64,000 bases of DNA from an uncultured Verrucomicrobiae bacterium (GTDB taxonomy: Bacteria; Verrucomicrobiota; Verrucomicrobiia; Chthoniobacterales; JAFAMB01): positions 4,608,001-4,672,000 of the forward strand of contig CAWIPH010000002.1 of NCBI GenBank assembly GCA_963837955.1, given 5' to 3'. The number at the start of each line of letters is the position of its first letter. Position 1 is the stretch's first letter. Below, piece by piece: positions 59,109-64,000 of the stretch. Position numbers and translations under genes: made by a program. The notes under the pieces were generated by a model. The model saw nothing but the letters and a program-made list of their open reading frames with translations. It was not told the origin of the DNA and did not search any database.

Positions 59109-59822
59109 CTACCGGTCCCGGGTCTTTGGATTCTCCGCAGCAGTCGCTTTTGCTGCAGCAATGAAATCGCGGAGTTTACTTCGGTCCTTCTTGCCGGGTT
59201 GCGATTCGACTCCAGAAGCCACATCAACGGCATAAGGATTGGTGGTTCGGATCGCGGCGGCGACATTTTCCGGAGTCAGTCCTCCGGCAAGAATAACCGG
59301 CTTAGCGATTGGGGGTCCTCGAAGAATTTCCCAGGCAAATCTTTCGCCGGTGCCGCCAAAGTCGCCCGCCCGATAGCCGTCGAAAAGAAGGGCGAAGCCG
59401 TCGAACCAATCGAGCTCAGCAACACTGTGCTCATTTTTCACGGAAATCGCAGCGATGAGGGGGCTCCCCGTTTCAACCAGACGCGAAACAAATGGATACC
59501 AAGCGTCACCATGCAACTGCACTGCGTCAAAAGTCCGATCGGCCAACCATTCGAGCGCTTGCTCTAGTAAGGGATTCACACCGACCAGAACGCGAGCGAC
59601 CCCCACTGGCAAAGCATTTATCCATTCTCGCGCGGATGTCAGATCGACGTACCTCTTACTATTCGGAAAAATATTGAATCCAAGCGCATCCGCTCCACTC
59701 TCGATCGCGATTTCCGCATCGGACGAATTAGTGACTCCGCAGATCTTTACAAACGGCCCGACATCTCGCGTTCCGCTTAGAAAGCGAGGAAGAGGGCGAT
59801 TGCCCTTTTCTTGCGCGGACAT
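59109..59822 (-). CDS. trpF: Phosphoribosylanthranilate isomerase
   Basis: VKICGVT, VQLHG, GGTG, ILAGGLTPENV, VDVASGVE. Start uncertain. Confidence 0.93.
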   Translation of the reverse strand: MSAQEKGNRPLPRFLSGTRDVGPFVKICGVTNSSDAEIAIESGADALGFNIFPNSKRYVDLTSAREWINALPVGVARVLVGVNPLLEQALEWLADRTFDAVQLHGDAWYPFVSRLVETGSPLIAAISVKNEHSVAELDWFDGFALLFDGYRAGDFGGTGERFAWEILRGPPIAKPVILAGGLTPENVAAAIRTTNPYAVDVASGVESQPGKKDRSKLRDFIAAAKATAAENPKTRDR

Positions 59823-59939
59823 TTTACGCTTGAGATTTTTCAACTTTTATCCTCTTTTGCCAGGTTTTCGAGTTTACTGATTTCACAACAGGATTACAAT
59901 GACAGCAGCGATAGTCTAGATCTGAATCAGAGTTGTAAA

Positions 59940-60260
59940 ATGGAGCGGAAAACAAAAAAGAAACGTGTAGAGAAACGCGCTGCTCGGAAAAAGAAAGACA
60001 CGGATTCATCGGAATCTAAAGCTTCTGCATCAAAGAAAAAGAAGGCGAACAAGAGAGCGACGCTGACCGGGACCAAGAAGCCCGAGGAACGCAAGAGTCA
60101 TGTAGCGCCCAGTTACGAGCAAGTGCAGCTTCGTGCGTATTTCATTTCAGAGCAGCGACGCAACGTGGGTATCGCGGGTGACGAACATGGCGATTGGGTT
60201 CGGGCCGAGCGAGAACTGCGAGAGGAACTTTCGATCGAAAGAGTTTCGCTTCGGGGTTGA
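59940..60260 (+). CDS. DUF2934-domain protein with Lys-rich N-terminus
   Basis: VQLRAYFISE.R...GDEHGDWVRAEREL; basic low-complexity N-terminal half. Confidence 0.75.
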   Translation: MERKTKKKRVEKRAARKKKDTDSSESKASASKKKKANKRATLTGTKKPEERKSHVAPSYEQVQLRAYFISEQRRNVGIAGDEHGDWVRAERELREELSIERVSLRG

Positions 60261-60300
60261 TGTGATGATCGGCCCTTATCGCGAAGACGCGATCCCTCCC

Positions 60301-61368
60301 CTAGCCTGCCAAGTGCAACGATCGGCCGAGCTTTCCGTCCTCCACGATTTCATACAGCCGGCCGATCGGCGTCTCGGAGAGCCACGAAATGCTCGTTGTG
60401 GTGACCACTCGTTGGCTACCGGCAGGCAAGCTCTTCAATAGCCGATTGCGCCGTTCGGCGTCCAGCTCGCCAAACACGTCATCGACTAACAACAGAGGCG
60501 GCCGACCCCATTCCGCTTCTAACACCCGGGCTTGACCCAGCTTCAGCGCGATCGCCATGGTTCGTTGCTGTCCCTCGGAGGCGAAGAGATCCGCCGGCTG
60601 CGATTGCACCATGAAATGAATATCGTCGCGGTGAGGTCCAACAGAAGTTGCGCGTAACCGTCGCTCCTCTGCCGCGCTCTCGGCCAGCGCGCGTTCAAAA
60701 TCATGGGTTGCGCCTGGGTGGTAATTCATGGTGAAGGCTTCTCCCCGGTCGCTGATGGAAGCGAACGCGGAGACTACGTATGGTTCCAGCCTTTCGATGA
60801 GAAAAGCCCGCAGAGCTGTCAATTGATGGCCAAACTTCAACAGAGGTTTGGTGTAGGCTGCGACCTCCTTGGGACGTGCGGGAACCATTTTTAAATAAGC
60901 ATTCCGGGAACGGAGCGCTTTCTCGTAAGAGCGAAGAATCTCACGATAATTGCGGAATAGCTGATTGCCGACGAAATCAAGAAACCGCCGCCGACCTTCA
61001 CTCGAACCCCGGATGAGATCGATATCGGAATTGGCGAAGAAAACGACTCGTCCTATGTTGAGATACTCGGTTGGATCTTTTTGCTCAATCGAATCGAGAG
61101 CGAGTTTCCGGCGGCTGGCGCTGTAGTAACATTGAAGATGATAGTCGTGAACAATTCCATCTACGACTAGCCCGCGGGCACCGCTCCGAATCACGGGTTG
61201 GAGTGAACTGGTCCGGGGTGATTGCAACCGAATGAGCACAGCCAGAGCTTCCAGTAGAGAAGTCTTTCCCAAAGCATTTTTGCCGACCACACAGGTTAGA
61301 TCGGTATGCAGGTCGAGTTCGAATTTAGTGAAACAGCGAAAGTCTCTGACGAAAAATCGATTAACCAT
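60301..61368 (-). CDS. recF: DNA replication/repair protein RecF
   Basis: [37 protein letters not shown]. Confidence 0.93.
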   Translation of the reverse strand: MVNRFFVRDFRCFTKFELDLHTDLTCVVGKNALGKTSLLEALAVLIRLQSPRTSSLQPVIRSGARGLVVDGIVHDYHLQCYYSASRRKLALDSIEQKDPTEYLNIGRVVFFANSDIDLIRGSSEGRRRFLDFVGNQLFRNYREILRSYEKALRSRNAYLKMVPARPKEVAAYTKPLLKFGHQLTALRAFLIERLEPYVVSAFASISDRGEAFTMNYHPGATHDFERALAESAAEERRLRATSVGPHRDDIHFMVQSQPADLFASEGQQRTMAIALKLGQARVLEAEWGRPPLLLVDDVFGELDAERRNRLLKSLPAGSQRVVTTTSISWLSETPIGRLYEIVEDGKLGRSLHLAG

Positions 61369-62461
61369 CGTAGATCTCTTCAAAGATTCCGCCACCCAGA
61401 AGCGTTTCTCCATCGTATAAGGCGCACACCTGACCGGGTGTTAATGCTCGCTGAGGCTGGCTAAATTCCAGCATGGCGCGGCTTTCTGCCAGCTGCTCAA
61501 AACGGACTTCGGCAGCCCTTGCTCGATAACGAGGCTTGGCCGAGATCTTCGCCGTTTGGTTCAGCCGGCGATTCGTATGCGACAGTGAACCGATCCGACA
61601 ACGAGTGGAGTAGAGTCTAGCGGTATCTGGTCGATCAAACGCGACGATCAACTCATTGGTGGCCGCACGTTTTTCAACTACCACATATGCTTCGTGCGGT
61701 GTATTCGACGGAACCCCGACCCCTCTTCGTTGACCTAACGTATACAGGTGAAGTCCGCGGTGCTCTCCAACGACATTCCCAAAATGGTTTCGAATCAATC
61801 CAGGATTGTCCGGAACAAATGCGCGCAAAAAATCGCTCATTTTCACCTCCCCAATGAAACAGATACCCTGCGAATCTTTCTTGGCTGCAGTAGCGAGTCC
61901 GGACTTCGCGGCGAGCGAGCGCACCGCCGGCTTTTCCAACTCACCTACCGGGAAGCGGGCCGCAGCAATTTGCGACTGCTGAAGTAAAGCCAGGAAGTAC
62001 GACTGATCTTTGTTCTTATCCACCCCTTCCAAGATATCCCAACTGCCATCGGATCTTTGCGCCCGGCGCGCGTAATGACCCGTCGCAACCGCCGTAAATC
62101 CGTTTTGGCGCGCATATTCCAGAAACACGCCGAACTTCATTTCCCGATTGCACATGACATCGGGGTTTGGCGTCACGCCGGATTGGTATCCGGCCAACAA
62201 ATAATCAACTACCTTCGCACGGTACTCTCGCATGAGATTCACGACCCGAAACGGGATACCGAGCGTGTCGGCTACTGCCCGGGCATCTTCTATATCGGTC
62301 TGCCAGGGGCAATCACCCACGATATTTTCTTCATTAATCCAGTTCTTCATGTAGGCCCCTTCGCTCGGAATACCCGCGCGCCGCAGCAGCAACGCCGCAA
62401 CGCTGCTGTCGACCCCTCCCGACATTCCAACCAGCACTTTCTCTGGAGCGTGAGATGACAT
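61361..62461 (-). CDS. mnmA: tRNA 2-thiouridine(34) synthase
   Basis: [42 protein letters not shown]. Confidence 0.96.
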   Translation of the reverse strand: MSSHAPEKVLVGMSGGVDSSVAALLLRRAGIPSEGAYMKNWINEENIVGDCPWQTDIEDARAVADTLGIPFRVVNLMREYRAKVVDYLLAGYQSGVTPNPDVMCNREMKFGVFLEYARQNGFTAVATGHYARRAQRSDGSWDILEGVDKNKDQSYFLALLQQSQIAAARFPVGELEKPAVRSLAAKSGLATAAKKDSQGICFIGEVKMSDFLRAFVPDNPGLIRNHFGNVVGEHRGLHLYTLGQRRGVGVPSNTPHEAYVVVEKRAATNELIVAFDRPDTARLYSTRCRIGSLSHTNRRLNQTAKISAKPRYRARAAEVRFEQLAESRAMLEFSQPQRALTPGQVCALYDGETLLGGGIFEEIYDG

Positions 62462-62561
62462 TTCGTGAAATCGGCAATTTCGCGGAATTCCTCCGGTAAT
62501 CAAATCGACACAGCGGCGGCTGTGTTTCGCGCATCGAAATCAATTCGATGAAGACCATGAG

Positions 62562-62930
62562 GGTAGGGCGAAAACCCGACTACGCATAGCCTACGTCGCG
62601 GCCAGCTTGACAGTGTTCTTCAAGTCCGCTGCCAGGGCGCGCCAGAGACAGCGACGGCGGCCTGATTCGGCATGCGTCGAATCGGTTTGAGCCGTCTGTA
62701 GTTTTACCCATGACATTGTTGCCCGGCTTCATGCCCTGCCGATGATCGCCGCAAGAAAGACGCATCAAGGACCGATCCACGCATGGCTCAAACCCGGCGC
62801 GGACGAACCAAAAGAGATCGCAACGTTTTCCGGCGCGCCGAGGTTTTCGCCCTACCGATCAGGGGCGCAGCCTCCCCAACGCGGGTAGGCCGAAAGCCCG
62901 ATACCGTTTCAGCGGGATCGGCTTGAGCCG
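62562..62930. repeat. Cluster of family B REP-like repeats in alternating orientation
   Basis: ggtagggcgaaaac...ggtttgagccg (62562-62694), inverse copy 62785-62865, third copy 62884-62930. Confidence 0.7.
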
Positions 62931-62971
62931 TTTGTGGCTTTGGAGTCGCCGAGTTAGAGCACGCTAAAACC

Positions 62972-63586
62972 TTAGGCGATGGTTATGGCTGTCCGGCCGG
63001 TTAGTGCTCGCGCAATAGTTAAGTCATCAGCGCTTTCGAGACCCAGACCAGCTGGGAGTCCTTGGGCGATCCGAGTAAGCTTAATCCCCGGCTGAGCGAG
63101 ATGTTCCGCCAAGTAGTTGGTGGTCGCCTCCCCTTCCACATCAGCTCCCAGGGCCAAGATAATTTCCTGGGGGGCATCACGTCGCACCCGTTGGATCAAC
63201 GCGTCAATGCGCAAGTCCTCAGGACCAACGTGATCGAGCGGCGAAAGCTTGCCACCCAAAGTGAAATAGAGCCCCCGAAACGCGCCGGTCCTTTCCAACG
63301 GCAGTACGTCCGTCGGCTGTTCCACCACACACAAAACCCCTCGATCTCGGGTCGAGTCGGAACAAATCACGCACAATCCTGATTCCGAAAAAAATCCGCA
63401 CTCTGGGCAACTCGTGATCCCTTTCATCGACCGCAAAATTGCATCCGCGACCTCGTCCGGTCGCGCATCACGCGATTGAACCATCCAGAGTGCAATCCGC
63501 TCCGCACTCCGCGGACCGATGCCGGGCATCCGGCGTAATTGTCGGATTAGTTCCTGCAACAGAGTGGGATATTCCGTTCTCGCCAT
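62972..63586 (-). CDS. recR: Recombination mediator RecR
   Basis: MPGIGPRSAERIA, CPECG..C..C, LCVVE, VEGEATT, TRIAQGLP. Confidence 0.95.
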   Translation of the reverse strand: MARTEYPTLLQELIRQLRRMPGIGPRSAERIALWMVQSRDARPDEVADAILRSMKGITSCPECGFFSESGLCVICSDSTRDRGVLCVVEQPTDVLPLERTGAFRGLYFTLGGKLSPLDHVGPEDLRIDALIQRVRRDAPQEIILALGADVEGEATTNYLAEHLAQPGIKLTRIAQGLPAGLGLESADDLTIARALTGRTAITIA

Positions 63587-63606
63587 AAGTCCGAACAACG
63601 TGAGAG

Positions 63607-63999
63607 CTAGGTCGAGTCTTTTTCGACACGCTCTGTGCGGTAAAATTCAACCACCCGCTCACTCAAGAACTTATCCGGATCGTCCAAGGCGCTAACGGGA
63701 AATCGAAACTGCAAGTTGCGATCACGATCGCGAAGCAGCTTCAAGCCATAGGGGTAATCCTTAAAGAGGTCAGCGCAGAAAACGCTGATCTCTTCTTGGG
63801 CGGTCCGGGCTCGGGCGACTATCTCGGAAGCCGCGTCCGGATCAATCGAAAACTCGACTCCAGTTTTCTGAGAAAAAGCTTCAGCGAATTGGAGGATCTG
63901 ATTCATCTGGTTCTGGTCTGTTTCGGCTCGAGCCTGGGCGAGGAGCGCTTCGAGCTTACCTGCCGGGTCGCGCACCAATGCAGCGTCTACCGTTAAGTT
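63607..63999 (-). CDS. C-terminal part of a larger protein running off the window end, possibly a ClpX-like AAA ATPase tail
   Basis: Frame is open to the window edge; LFKDYPYGLKL and PDKFLSERV recall C-termini of such proteins. No ATPase motif is visible. Confidence 0.4.
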   Translation of the reverse strand, partial: NLTVDAALVRDPAGKLEALLAQARAETDQNQMNQILQFAEAFSQKTGVEFSIDPDAASEIVARARTAQEEISVFCADLFKDYPYGLKLLRDRDRNLQFRFPVSALDDPDKFLSERVVEFYRTERVEKDST

Positions 64000-64000
64000 G

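Overview
Bacterial chromosomal window, probably from a soil Verrucomicrobiota (Chthoniobacterales-like); the taxonomy is inferred from gene content and style only. Housekeeping blocks are prpBCD, a ytfQRT-yjfF sugar ABC transporter, Fur-family regulator-sufCBD, mutS, aas, sdhCAB, leuB, trpF, recF, mnmA and recR. Two accessory regions stand out. (1) About 50.8-57.3 kb: a TIGR02999-type ECF sigma factor and a membrane Ser/Thr kinase with a TPR-like extracytoplasmic domain. They sit beside a duplicated two-gene cassette. Each copy has a secreted peptide precursor with 4-5 tandem core repeats (consensus [IV]AVx[LM]Px[KH]P) facing a secreted NTF2/SnoaL-like protein, and a third repeat-less precursor homologue lies between the copies. 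This is the best candidate for an undescribed system: multicore peptide signalling or RiPP-like. (2) About 11.8-34.2 kb: five paralogous ~960-980 aa TonB-dependent receptors plus exbB-exbD-tonB. The receptors share an unusual periplasmic-turn insertion, four share a conserved ~200-bp upstream block, and there are sigma54-like sites. Several REP/REPIN-like repeat families occur, one apparently inserted in frame into a GT-C glycosyltransferase. No rRNA, tRNA, CRISPR array or intact transposase was recognised. All calls come from reading motifs by eye, with no database searches.
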